Positions 28,121 through 37,449 of a stretch of 64,000 bases of DNA are shown here, in pieces. Position 1 is the stretch's first letter; the number at the start of each line of letters is the position of its first letter. The notes under the pieces are model-generated. The model searched no databases. It had not been told where the DNA came from and worked only from the letters and a program-made list of their open reading frames with translations. Source of the DNA: Fibrobacterales bacterium (lineage in GTDB: Bacteria > Fibrobacterota > Fibrobacteria > Fibrobacterales > JAOPTW01); contig JAOPTX010000009.1 in NCBI GenBank assembly GCA_051532055.1, forward strand, positions 16,262 through 80,261. Direction: 5' to 3'. The translations under genes were made by a program, and so were the position numbers.

Positions 28121-29264
28121 TTATTGTGTCGTATGTGTAGCGCTGTTTTTTGGGGCATGTTCTCTTTCAGAGGAGGGGATACAAGATCAGTCCGGGACGA
28201 CTCTTGAAACTGATAATGTCATTATGGCGAAGGTTGCCTATCATGATGGGGTACCCGCAGGTAATGCTTCGGTAGAGCTGACAGAATGGATTGATAATGG
28301 AATATTTATACCTGATAGTATTACGACCATAAAAACATCAAGTTTTAGTGCGAATAGTGACGGTGAGTTCTCTCTTGATTCTTTAGAACCGGGTGTAGAA
28401 TATTTTATTGAGTTAATAAGTGATGACGATAGTCGCCCGGAGAGAGAGTGGCTACAGAAAATATCAGTTGATGCGCTGAAGAAGCGGGGTGTTGTACAGC
28501 TTAAGAAAGAGCGCATCATGCGTTTTAATCTAGATAAGGCGGGTGATGATCAAGCATGGTTTGGGATTCAAGGAACGTCTAAATTTTATCCACTTGGATC
28601 GGGGGTTACTCATGTACAGGCCCCGAGCTCTGATTATTCGTTTGTTGTTGTATCGAACCCTACGGTTTTGGATGGTGACACTCGCTACACTATTACAGAA
28701 GATGACAATTATACCAAAGTTGATGAGTACCATTATGAAAGTTCTAGTCATAGTGAAAGTTCCGAAGAAGAATGGTCATCTGAAGAGTCGGAAGAGGAAT
28801 CAAGTGAAGGCGAAGAATTGGGAACTGATAGTTCAAGTGATACATCAGAAGATGTGGGTGGATTATATAGCGATAATGAGTATGAAGACTCATCTTCTGA
28901 TAATGATCAACTCATGAATGATGATGTGTATGTTGAGTGTGTCTTTGGTGGAAGCGAGTATGAGTGTAGCGCTGATGTTTCTCCTACTAAAATAGAATGT
29001 GAATCCCTTGGTGATGATTTTGATTGTGAGAAATTATTTGAAGATCTGTCTCATTACCGTGATGTTTGGAAAAAAAATACTTGGGAGAATAGTAGCGATT
29101 TTGATGGAATGGTTCTCTGTTTTACTGCAGGAGATCCTGTTGCATGTGATACCGCTGCTATTGATCACGTGCTCTGTTTTGATTCAGAATCCTATTATAT
29201 CGAATGTGATAACTTTGAAGATGAAAGTATTGTTATTCTTCTCGGGATACATCAAAAATACTGA
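28101..29264 (+). CDS. Lipoprotein partner of copy 4 with acidic linker and C-terminal Cys-pair repeats
   Basis: FGAC lipobox; SGTTLETDNVIMA motif; four C-x7/8-C units. Confidence 0.75.
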   Translation: MMKVILNYCVVCVALFFGACSLSEEGIQDQSGTTLETDNVIMAKVAYHDGVPAGNASVELTEWIDNGIFIPDSITTIKTSSFSANSDGEFSLDSLEPGVEYFIELISDDDSRPEREWLQKISVDALKKRGVVQLKKERIMRFNLDKAGDDQAWFGIQGTSKFYPLGSGVTHVQAPSSDYSFVVVSNPTVLDGDTRYTITEDDNYTKVDEYHYESSSHSESSEEEWSSEESEEESSEGEELGTDSSSDTSEDVGGLYSDNEYEDSSSDNDQLMNDDVYVECVFGGSEYECSADVSPTKIECESLGDDFDCEKLFEDLSHYRDVWKKNTWENSSDFDGMVLCFTAGDPVACDTAAIDHVLCFDSESYYIECDNFEDESIVILLGIHQKY

Positions 29265-29559
29265 TTGACTCTATGAAACAGGGTGGCAGTTTCATGGCTT
29301 GCTTATTTATTCTATCACTAAAATTTGTGTAGCCCCTCACCCATAATTCCCAAAATACTATTCTATCTGCTCTTCTTTTCATTTTATTTATTGAGGGGTT
29401 TGTTTGCTTTTGTATGCCTTTATAGGGTTTTTGAGCTGTTATTGTTTGTATTTATTTGTTTTTGCTCTCTAAAAAGGAGCGGAAAGTCAGTAGTATGGGT
29501 ATATTTAAGAGAGCGAAACTGGTATATTATGATTATAACTTAAACCAGTTGAGGAAAAT

Positions 29560-30978
29560 ATGAAACAACAACTTTTAATATCAGCATTTATTGGGTTTGG
29601 CCTTATAGGATGTGCTCAAGAAGATGCGGTCGAGAGCACCCTAGTGCCTGCAAGTCAGAATACAGAAGCAGTTATCACCGGGACAGTGGCGTATGGATAT
29701 GCAGCGTCTGATGTGGAAGTAGAAATTGTAGATCAGGACGGTGAAGAAGTTTTTTCGGGAACAACCGATGAGGAAGGAGAATTCAGTGCGCACATCCGAA
29801 ACAAACACCCCAAATTACCCCTCCTTCTTTGTGCTCATATTGATGATTCTACAGAGTTTACCTCTATAATTAGTGATGATGACGGTGAACTTGGTGAAGG
29901 TGAAGAAATTCATACTCATGTCAATGCAATAACTGACCGAGCAACACGTGAGCTTCTTGGTGAAGGCGTTGATCATACAAAACTTCGTGGATTAAAAATG
30001 GCTCAAATTATTGCTAAGGGTGAGGAAGTTGTTGATAAAGTACTTGGTGAAGATATTGGTTTTGAATCGTTCTATAATAAGAAAGAGTTCAAGGCGGCGA
30101 TTAAGGGGCGTGAAGATGTTGTGCCAGGTGTACATGATATGATGCTTCACTCTCTTGATGATATGGCTAAAAAAGATGGAAAACCAGTAAAAGAACTGGT
30201 AAAAGAGTTTAAAGAAAATCGGAAAGAACTTTTTGAAAAGAGCGAAGAGTTTAAAAGTGAGCTTGCTGATAATCTTGCTGAGTTTAAAGTAGAGACTGAA
30301 GCGTTGAGAGCTGAGGTGAAAGATTTTGCAAGTAACCACCCTGAAATTGTACAGAATATTAAAGAACGTCACGAACTTATGCGTGGTGATGTTGAACGTC
30401 CAGAACTTGATAGTACAGAACTTGCCGCACGAAAAGCACTGATTGAAGCGTTGGCAGAAAATTGTCAAGAGATGACCCACGAAGAGCGTGTGGCTTATAT
30501 GGATAGTGTCAGTGCAGAGTTCAGAAATTTGATGGCGTTAGAGCTGGAAGTATTAAAAGACGCTCTCTCGGATTCGGTGACTCGGGAAGATCGACACGTT
30601 GTTGATTCGACAATGCGTGCTTATGCGCGAGAACTTATTGAAACACTTCAACCATGTCCTGAGTTTGTCAAAAATGTTAAAGAGCGAATAGAAGAAAGAC
30701 ACGATGGTGAACGTCCTGAAGAAGAGAATCATGAGGGTGACCGTCCCGAGATTGAACGCCCTGAAGGAGAAAAGGCAGAAGGTACTCATCCAGAGGTCGA
30801 GCGCCCAAGTGTCGAGGAACCAGAAGGTGATAGGCTAACGAAAGAAGAAATGGAAGAGATGTTCAAAAACTGTAAGCCAGAATTAAATAATACAGATTGG
30901 GTGAAACCTGAAGAATGTCCTGAATTTCCTGGAAAACCAGAGGTGCTTCCTGTTCTTGATTTGGAAGAGGTCGAATAA
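29560..30978 (+). CDS. Lipoprotein, paralogue of 31897-33267, with ERPE repeats
   Basis: LIGC lipobox; ITGTVAYGYA...GTTDEEG; helical middle region; GAGG SD. Confidence 0.75.
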   Translation: MKQQLLISAFIGFGLIGCAQEDAVESTLVPASQNTEAVITGTVAYGYAASDVEVEIVDQDGEEVFSGTTDEEGEFSAHIRNKHPKLPLLLCAHIDDSTEFTSIISDDDGELGEGEEIHTHVNAITDRATRELLGEGVDHTKLRGLKMAQIIAKGEEVVDKVLGEDIGFESFYNKKEFKAAIKGREDVVPGVHDMMLHSLDDMAKKDGKPVKELVKEFKENRKELFEKSEEFKSELADNLAEFKVETEALRAEVKDFASNHPEIVQNIKERHELMRGDVERPELDSTELAARKALIEALAENCQEMTHEERVAYMDSVSAEFRNLMALELEVLKDALSDSVTREDRHVVDSTMRAYARELIETLQPCPEFVKNVKERIEERHDGERPEEENHEGDRPEIERPEGEKAEGTHPEVERPSVEEPEGDRLTKEEMEEMFKNCKPELNNTDWVKPEECPEFPGKPEVLPVLDLEEVE

Positions 30979-31029
30979 TATAATATATGGCTGCACGGAT
31001 TGTGCAGCTCATTTTAAAGTGAGTAATGT

Positions 31030-31896
31030 ATGAGTGATAGTGTGAACATTTTTCAATATACTGATTATCGCCTCTTTTTAAAGGATGCGATACAGGCGCG
31101 TAAAAGCATTGATAAAAAGTTTTCTCAACGGTTTATTCATCAAAAACTTGGTATTAAGTCAACAGGGTGGTTGGCTGATATACTTGGAGGGAGGAAAAAA
31201 ATATCTCGTTCCAATTTAATTACTCTTGCTGGGCTTCTTAGTGTTGGCCCCCGTGAGGAACTGTATCTTCAAACACTCGTTGATTATAATCATTCCAAGA
31301 CTGTTGAAGATAAAAATAGAAATTATGCTAAGCTCCTAACCTTTCAAGAAGTTCCCAAAGATATTATAGGCAAGGATCGGTTTGAGTATTTCTCAAAGTG
31401 GCACTATGCTGCCATTCGAGAATATCTTTTTATTGAACCATTTAATGGCAATTACACTACCCTTGCAAAAGCAATTATTCCTGAAATTACAGTGAACGAA
31501 GCAAAAATGGCAATTGTCCTTCTTGAGGACCTTGGGATGATAAAGCGATATGCTGGTGGCATTTTTAAACCTGCTGTGGAGCATGTTAAAAAGCAAGGTG
31601 ATTCTTTTGCTCCCGTCTATTACTACAACTATCTGAAAGCACAGATGGAGCTCGGTATTGGGTCTATGGAGCGGATCCCAAAAGAGGAACGTGATATTTC
31701 GGCTATTTCGGCGACCCTCAGCGAAGAGGCTTTTAAAGAGATTGCTGAAGATATAAAAGTCATTCGAAAAAAAATAGTTCGCCTTTCAGAAGAAGAAAAT
31801 GGTAAATTTTGGAACTCGGTGGATGGTGACTCTAGAAGAGTGTACCAAGGTGTATTTGAACTATTTCCGGTCTCTAAAGTGAAAGGGGGGCGTTAG
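31030..31896 (+). CDS. TIGR02147 family protein, copy 5
   Basis: IFQYTDYRLFL, LGIKSTGWLADILGGRKKIS, WHYAAIRE, RDISAIS, YQGVFELFPVS. Confidence 0.85.
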   Translation: MSDSVNIFQYTDYRLFLKDAIQARKSIDKKFSQRFIHQKLGIKSTGWLADILGGRKKISRSNLITLAGLLSVGPREELYLQTLVDYNHSKTVEDKNRNYAKLLTFQEVPKDIIGKDRFEYFSKWHYAAIREYLFIEPFNGNYTTLAKAIIPEITVNEAKMAIVLLEDLGMIKRYAGGIFKPAVEHVKKQGDSFAPVYYYNYLKAQMELGIGSMERIPKEERDISAISATLSEEAFKEIAEDIKVIRKKIVRLSEEENGKFWNSVDGDSRRVYQGVFELFPVSKVKGGR

Positions 31897-33267
31897 ATGT
31901 ATTTGCTATTATTATGTATGCTATGCTTAGTTGTTGGATGTACTCGTTCAGAAACTATAGCGAGTACCGAAGTGGAAAATGAAATTGCGGTTAAGATTTC
32001 GGGAAGTGCTGCCACAGGCTATGCTATTGAAGATGCTGACTGGATAATTCAGAGTGAATCGGGTGATACGCTCGCAACAGGAACAACTGATAGTATTGGC
32101 TCGATTATCCACGCCTTTGAAGAGGGGGAAGTGAGAGAAGATGCGCGCTTAATTATTACAGTGGATAATGGAGAGAAGTACAGAGGAATCTCATTTGAAG
32201 AGGGGACTCACCGGTATCCAGTTATATCACCGCTTTCTGAATATTTTACTGAGTCATTTGTGAAAATATCTCAATCGGGGTCTGCATTTATTGTTCCCAA
32301 AATTGATTCATTACACAAGTTAGAGAAAGAGATGCATGTAATGCTGTATGGAGTGGATAGTGGGATGGTTTTGAGAGATAGTACTTTCAAGCCTGCTCGA
32401 AAAGGAATGAGAGAAGGCGAGCCCTCAGAATTGGATCTGTTCATTCACTCGGTAACAGAGATAAGTAATGGGACGTCGGGTGGACGAGATTCACTTTTTG
32501 AAGTACATAGATATGATGATGGTAAAGGGCCACTCGTTCAAAATAGAGATATGCAACGTCAGTATGCTCAAACAGTATCACTTTTTGAAATACCTGATGA
32601 TAAAAAAGAGCTCTACTTTAAATCTTTTGATTACGGTGATCAGAAAAGCAACGTTGGTCAATTTGGCGCTGTTATGGATATGGTTAGAACAAGCAAGTTC
32701 CTTGAAAAATATAACGGCCATCCTGTGAGGCGTGAGGTAGAAGCGGTTTATTTAGAGACTGTTAATAGTACCGTTTCTGTTATTGATAACAATCGAGAAA
32801 TGGTAGCTGATGGAGAGTATTGGTTGCATCTTGGGCATATTGTAAACGTAGCTATGCAGCCGATACACAAAGACCTTGAGTTAATTGTTGTTGAAGAGTT
32901 GTCTGCTATACAATGGAATGCTATAGAGTTATATGGACGGTTACTTGGCATACAGGTTGGTAGAATGATAGAGGCGTTAACCTTTGCTCCTCTTAAAGCC
33001 AATCCTGATAGCGTTGACTTTCTGGTACATACCCTGGTTGTTGATCTCGTTCTCAATTCTTTTGATATCCATGAATATCTTGCTTCTGATTTTCAGAAGT
33101 ATCGTGATGATCATGTGAATAAACCGAGCGATTTCGATATAAAAGAAGCTCTTGAAAGAATTAAAAATGATGAACGCCTTGGGCCTGGATCTGGACCTGG
33201 GCCTGGACCTAGTCCAAATGGTGGCACTCCACAAAATGGTGCTATGCACGAGATGGCTCCAGAGTAA
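31897..33267 (+). CDS. Lipoprotein partner of copy 5
   Basis: VVGC lipobox; ASTEVENEIAV motif; ATG abuts upstream TAG; GP repeats near the C-terminus. Confidence 0.75.
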   Translation: MYLLLLCMLCLVVGCTRSETIASTEVENEIAVKISGSAATGYAIEDADWIIQSESGDTLATGTTDSIGSIIHAFEEGEVREDARLIITVDNGEKYRGISFEEGTHRYPVISPLSEYFTESFVKISQSGSAFIVPKIDSLHKLEKEMHVMLYGVDSGMVLRDSTFKPARKGMREGEPSELDLFIHSVTEISNGTSGGRDSLFEVHRYDDGKGPLVQNRDMQRQYAQTVSLFEIPDDKKELYFKSFDYGDQKSNVGQFGAVMDMVRTSKFLEKYNGHPVRREVEAVYLETVNSTVSVIDNNREMVADGEYWLHLGHIVNVAMQPIHKDLELIVVEELSAIQWNAIELYGRLLGIQVGRMIEALTFAPLKANPDSVDFLVHTLVVDLVLNSFDIHEYLASDFQKYRDDHVNKPSDFDIKEALERIKNDERLGPGSGPGPGPSPNGGTPQNGAMHEMAPE

Positions 33268-33269
33268 GA

Positions 33270-33533
33270 GTTGAGATACTCATAGTGAATGCTCTGGCAA
33301 AAGAGCATGCAAATGTGTTTATGCTTCTTGGGGGGCATCATTGTGCTCGTGAAACTCGGGAAACCATATCGAATAATCATGGTGGTCAATACTAACAGAT
33401 AATGCAAGATTATCAAGGGGATGACCCAGGCAAGAATGAGTTTGAAGCATTTACCTATTCACCTGCCTTATATAAATTTGAAGAAGATGACAGCTCAAAC
33501 TTTACGCTTCAGTATCAGATGACTGCGGAATAA
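33270..33533 (+). pseudogene. Remnant of a calcineurin-like metallophosphoesterase C-terminus
   Basis: Frame reads ALAKEHANVFMLLGGHHC...NNHGGQY*QIMQDYQG...FTYSPALYKFEEDDSSNFTL; internal TAA at 33393; no N-terminal part. Confidence 0.55.
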
Positions 33534-33570
33534 GAATATGTTAAACTATTGATCATTAATTTTTAATTAG

Positions 33571-33603
33571 AAAAAGCTTGATTCGATGAATCAGGCTTTT
33601 TTT
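33571..33603. terminator. Bidirectional terminator
   Basis: AAAAAGCTTGATTC-GAT-GAATCAGGCTTTTT between convergent genes. Confidence 0.7.
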
Positions 33604-34912
33604 ATTTGATACTATAGTTGTCAAAGAAATCTAGTACAAGGGGCCATCCCCAGGTTTCTTGAAATTCATGGCCCATTGTGGCTCGGCAGTCTAGGACCTG
33701 AGGCCAGCCTGTATCTGAAATACACCACTTTCTACAATCAGTTTCTCTATAGCCATCATCAAATTGAGTGAGGGTAAGCTCTTCACTACAGTGTTGTTCT
33801 GCCCATATTTTAGTGATTGCTGAGGCCGTTACATAGTGATAGGCATCGTTTCCTTCACTTGTGGAAAAGCCGGTGGCTTCCCATTCTCCGGGAGGTACTA
33901 CTGGGTCAGTTGTACCAGTGATGAGAAGAACGGGGAGTGGGCCTGATTTACCAGGACCGCCTGTATACCCACGATGAGGTTGCCCAATAGTAGGGGCGAT
34001 GGCACGAAAGAGTGGAGCGCTTTCACTGTTTTGCCCAAGCTCCCAAGTAAACATGCCGCCATTTGAGGCGCCAAAAGCAAAAATATTATTATCATCGATA
34101 TTGAGTTTGGATTTAATTTCTGAAATCAGGTGGATTACAAATTGAACATCATCTTGGATACAATGAGTCCAGGCACAGTTGTTATTGTTTCCTTGTCCAT
34201 TGTCGCATGACTCATAGCCATAATTTGTTGTTGTGGTAGTGTCGCATGTTGGTTGGTTGTCGGGTGTGAGGCCCGTTGATGAACCTTTAAAGCGCCAAGA
34301 GTTAATGGTTTGAAGGGAAAGTCCGTTATCAGCATCACTCAGTCCTCGTGGTGCGACAAGTATGTATCCGCGATCTTCGGCTTGTTGAGTGAAAAGTGGT
34401 TTTTCAAGAAAGGCATTGTGGTTTTCTCCCCAACCATGAAAAAGGAGAATGAGTTTGAGAGGGCTGGTATGTGAATAGGTGGTGGGTACAAAAAGCCGGT
34501 ACTCTCGACTAATGCCTTCAAAGAGTAACGAGTGGGAACCGTTAGATGGAGGGACTAGTGGTATGGCTGTTGCGCTGCTTGAGACACTGCTCTTTGATGA
34601 TAGGGTGTTGGTAGAAGATGATAACGGGACATTGCTTATACTGCTTTGGTTGCTCGATGTGCCTGTAGATGACGGGCTCCATGCGATAGATGACGAACGG
34701 GAGTAACTTTGTGACTCTGTTTCAAGGGACGATTCCTTTTCCTCTGACGATAGGTTAGGGGTGCTCCTTATGATTTCACTTGATTGAAATTGTGCGCTAC
34801 TTTCGGTAGTAACAAATTCAGTACTGTCATTTGTTTCACAGGAGATGAATGAAAGGGATACCATACAGGTAATTGAAAATATCGTTAAATGTAAAAGGAG
34901 ATTTGTGTTCAT
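33602..34912 (-). CDS. Lipoprotein alpha/beta-hydrolase (LpqC/PHB-depolymerase/CE1-like esterase)
   Basis: FISC lipobox; REYRLFVP, LLFHGWG, DDVQF, GASNGG nucleophile, GTTDPVVP, MGH. Confidence 0.8.
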   Translation of the reverse strand: MNTNLLLHLTIFSITCMVSLSFISCETNDSTEFVTTESSAQFQSSEIIRSTPNLSSEEKESSLETESQSYSRSSSIAWSPSSTGTSSNQSSISNVPLSSSTNTLSSKSSVSSSATAIPLVPPSNGSHSLLFEGISREYRLFVPTTYSHTSPLKLILLFHGWGENHNAFLEKPLFTQQAEDRGYILVAPRGLSDADNGLSLQTINSWRFKGSSTGLTPDNQPTCDTTTTTNYGYESCDNGQGNNNNCAWTHCIQDDVQFVIHLISEIKSKLNIDDNNIFAFGASNGGMFTWELGQNSESAPLFRAIAPTIGQPHRGYTGGPGKSGPLPVLLITGTTDPVVPPGEWEATGFSTSEGNDAYHYVTASAITKIWAEQHCSEELTLTQFDDGYRETDCRKWCISDTGWPQVLDCRATMGHEFQETWGWPLVLDFFDNYSIK

Positions 34913-35109
34913 TGATTCGTGTGTGCTTGGGGGAATGAGATAAATGTACTTTCATTTTAATCTACGAGCACCTGTTTTCTATTCAGTCACTTTTTATTCG
35001 TGTAATTAATGTGGATTGAATAGTTGCCAGAACTTCGGGCTTCGTTATTGTAAACTATGAGTAAAATTCTATACTGTGGGGGTCGCATCTATCCACAGGA
35101 TTTTTTTTC

Positions 35110-35763
35110 ATGAATCACCAAGATATTCTTACCCAGACTGAAACATTTGTTAAAACAACTCTTCAAAATGCAGAAGGGGGTCATGACTGGTGGCATAGTT
35201 ATCGAGTCTGGAAACTTTCACGGACTATTGCTGAAGGTGAAGAAGTGGATACCCTTGTAGTTGAACTTGCTGCACTTCTTCATGATATTGCCGACTCAAA
35301 GTTTAATGGGGGTGACGAAACTATTGGGCCTAAAATGGCAACACAGTTTTTAACATCTATAGATGTAGATACGAGTGTTGTAGAGCATGTGGTTTATATA
35401 ATCAATAACATCTCTTATAAAGGTGGGCATCTCGAAAAGAGTTTTCATTCTAAAGAGCTTGATGTTGTTCAAGATGCTGACCGACTTGATGCTCTGGGTG
35501 CCATAGGGATTTCTCGAGCATTTAGTTATGGGGGGCATAAAGGTCGTGAAATATATAATCCCGATATTCCTCCGCAAATATATGCAACTAAAGAGAAATA
35601 CAAAAAAAGTACTTCACCGAGCTTTAACCACTTTACCGAAAAGTTGCTTCTTCTTAAAAATCTTATGAATACTCAAACAGGTAAAGAAATGGCTGGTGAG
35701 CGGCATCGCTTTTTAGAGGCATACATGACTCAATTTTTGGCCGAGTGGGATGGGCATAGTTAA
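35110..35763 (+). CDS. HD-domain phosphohydrolase (YedJ-like)
   Basis: GHDWWH, ALLHDIAD, VQDADRLDALGAIG, HFTEKLL. Confidence 0.9.
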   Translation: MNHQDILTQTETFVKTTLQNAEGGHDWWHSYRVWKLSRTIAEGEEVDTLVVELAALLHDIADSKFNGGDETIGPKMATQFLTSIDVDTSVVEHVVYIINNISYKGGHLEKSFHSKELDVVQDADRLDALGAIGISRAFSYGGHKGREIYNPDIPPQIYATKEKYKKSTSPSFNHFTEKLLLLKNLMNTQTGKEMAGERHRFLEAYMTQFLAEWDGHS

Positions 35764-35816
35764 TTTAATATATATTTAACATTACTTGCTGGGGATCGAG
35801 AGTTACAGAGGTTTTT

Positions 35817-37286
35817 ATGAAAATGAGTGTCATCGTTTTAATGACTGCTATTCTTCTTTTTATGGGGTGTTTTGGAGGTGGTTCTACTACTCAATCGGAA
35901 ACAGTGGATTCATCGCAACATAAGAGTTCAGATGTAGAAATGAGTAGTGAACGGGCTGATGATGTATCAAGTGAAGTCATTTCGATTGAGTCATCGCAGC
36001 TAGTAATAGATAGTAGTGATGAAGACGTTCTCTCTTCTTCTTCTTCTTCTTCTTCCATGTCTTCTACGGAATTATCTTCCTCTGAATCTGTAAATTCAAG
36101 GAGCTCATCAGAAGATACCAATAGTGATAGTAGTGATGCAGAACGGTCGAGTTCAGTAGTAGTCACGCCAGTCAGTTCATCAGAAGAGGTGTATCTTTCT
36201 CAAGAGTCTATCACTATTGACGCAGAAGAATATGATTCTAAAAATGGGTCTGTTACTCATGAAGGAGATCACATTGCCAATATTGAACAAGGGGATTGGA
36301 TTCATTATAGTGAGATTGACTTTGGAGCAGGTGGATTTCGGAGTATTATCTTTTCTGCATCGCTCTTTTTAAATTATGAAGAGCCAGAAGCTGATGAATC
36401 ATTCTTCGAAATTCATATAGATAGTCTTGGTGGCGAGATCATTGGAATATTTGAACCAGACAATACTGGTGACTGGGGAACATTTACTGAACAAAGCATA
36501 CCGGTATCAAGGGTTGAAGGAGTGCACGACCTCTACTTTGTAGCAGGAGACTATGGTTTCAGTGATGGTGTAGGTAACCTTGATGCCTTTACTTTACAGT
36601 CGGAAAGTGTTGATGCTCTACAGCGAGTGCTCTTTGTGGGTAATAGTTATACCTTTTATAATAATATGCCTGAACTTGTTGAGGCAATGATACGGAGCGA
36701 AGGCTACGAGGTGATTGTTGAGCGGTCGACAAAGCCTGGGGCCTGGTGGGATTTTCACGATGATACTGCCGAAGCGGTAACCCTTGATCTAATAGAACAG
36801 GGTAATTATGATGCGGTCATTATTCAAAACAATAGCAAAAGCTCACTTGATGCTGAACGGTTTTTAACTCATGGTGCAGTCCTCATAGATGCCATTAAAG
36901 AAAGTGGCGCTCGTGCATTACTGTATGAAACGTGGGGTAGAGAAGCCTACAATGCGGCTGATGGTATCGATCAAGATACTATTAGCGCAATGTATCAGGC
37001 TCTTGCAAACCAGGAGAATATATCAGTTGTCCCTGTTGGTACACTCTGGCAAGAGGTGAGGGATGCTGATGCCACATTGGGTAATGATCTCTTTTCAAAT
37101 GATGGTTCACACCCGTCGCCCTTAGGGTCTTATTTTATCGCAATGACCTTTTATCGGTACCTCACAAAAATGTCAGTAGCAGATCTTCCCAAGGCTCTCG
37201 AAGGAGTTTCAGTTGATGAGCAGAAACTTGAAGCATTAAAGACTCATGTGGATGCTCTTTCTGGGGCGAGTATACTCGCTCATTAG
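35817..37286 (+). CDS. Lipoprotein: Ser linker + CBM6-like + SGNH hydrolase
   Basis: FMGC; IDAEEY, GDWIHY..IDFG, TGDWGTF, GVHDLYF; LFVGNSYT, DGSHPS. Confidence 0.8.
   Translation: MKMSVIVLMTAILLFMGCFGGGSTTQSETVDSSQHKSSDVEMSSERADDVSSEVISIESSQLVIDSSDEDVLSSSSSSSSMSSTELSSSESVNSRSSSEDTNSDSSDAERSSSVVVTPVSSSEEVYLSQESITIDAEEYDSKNGSVTHEGDHIANIEQGDWIHYSEIDFGAGGFRSIIFSASLFLNYEEPEADESFFEIHIDSLGGEIIGIFEPDNTGDWGTFTEQSIPVSRVEGVHDLYFVAGDYGFSDGVGNLDAFTLQSESVDALQRVLFVGNSYTFYNNMPELVEAMIRSEGYEVIVERSTKPGAWWDFHDDTAEAVTLDLIEQGNYDAVIIQNNSKSSLDAERFLTHGAVLIDAIKESGARALLYETWGREAYNAADGIDQDTISAMYQALANQENISVVPVGTLWQEVRDADATLGNDLFSNDGSHPSPLGSYFIAMTFYRYLTKMSVADLPKALEGVSVDEQKLEALKTHVDALSGASILAH
36032..36056 (+). repeat. (TCT)n microsatellite encoding poly-Ser
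   Basis: Run of TCT codons within the linker. Confidence 0.6.
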
Positions 37287-37449
37287 GGATCTAATGGCAT
37301 TGATGTACGCTAGAATCATCTGAGTTAAAGAGAATGCAGGAGCGAGAAATAAAATGGTCGCTCAGAGAGACCATTTCAACACACTCCTCTCAAATTGGTT
37401 ACTATCGAAGCTATTGTGAAAGTATATTATACTCACAAAGGAAGGATCT

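Noticed and set aside
36032..36056. Phase-variable simple sequence repeat
   Set aside because: The trinucleotide unit keeps the frame; it would only alter poly-Ser linker length.
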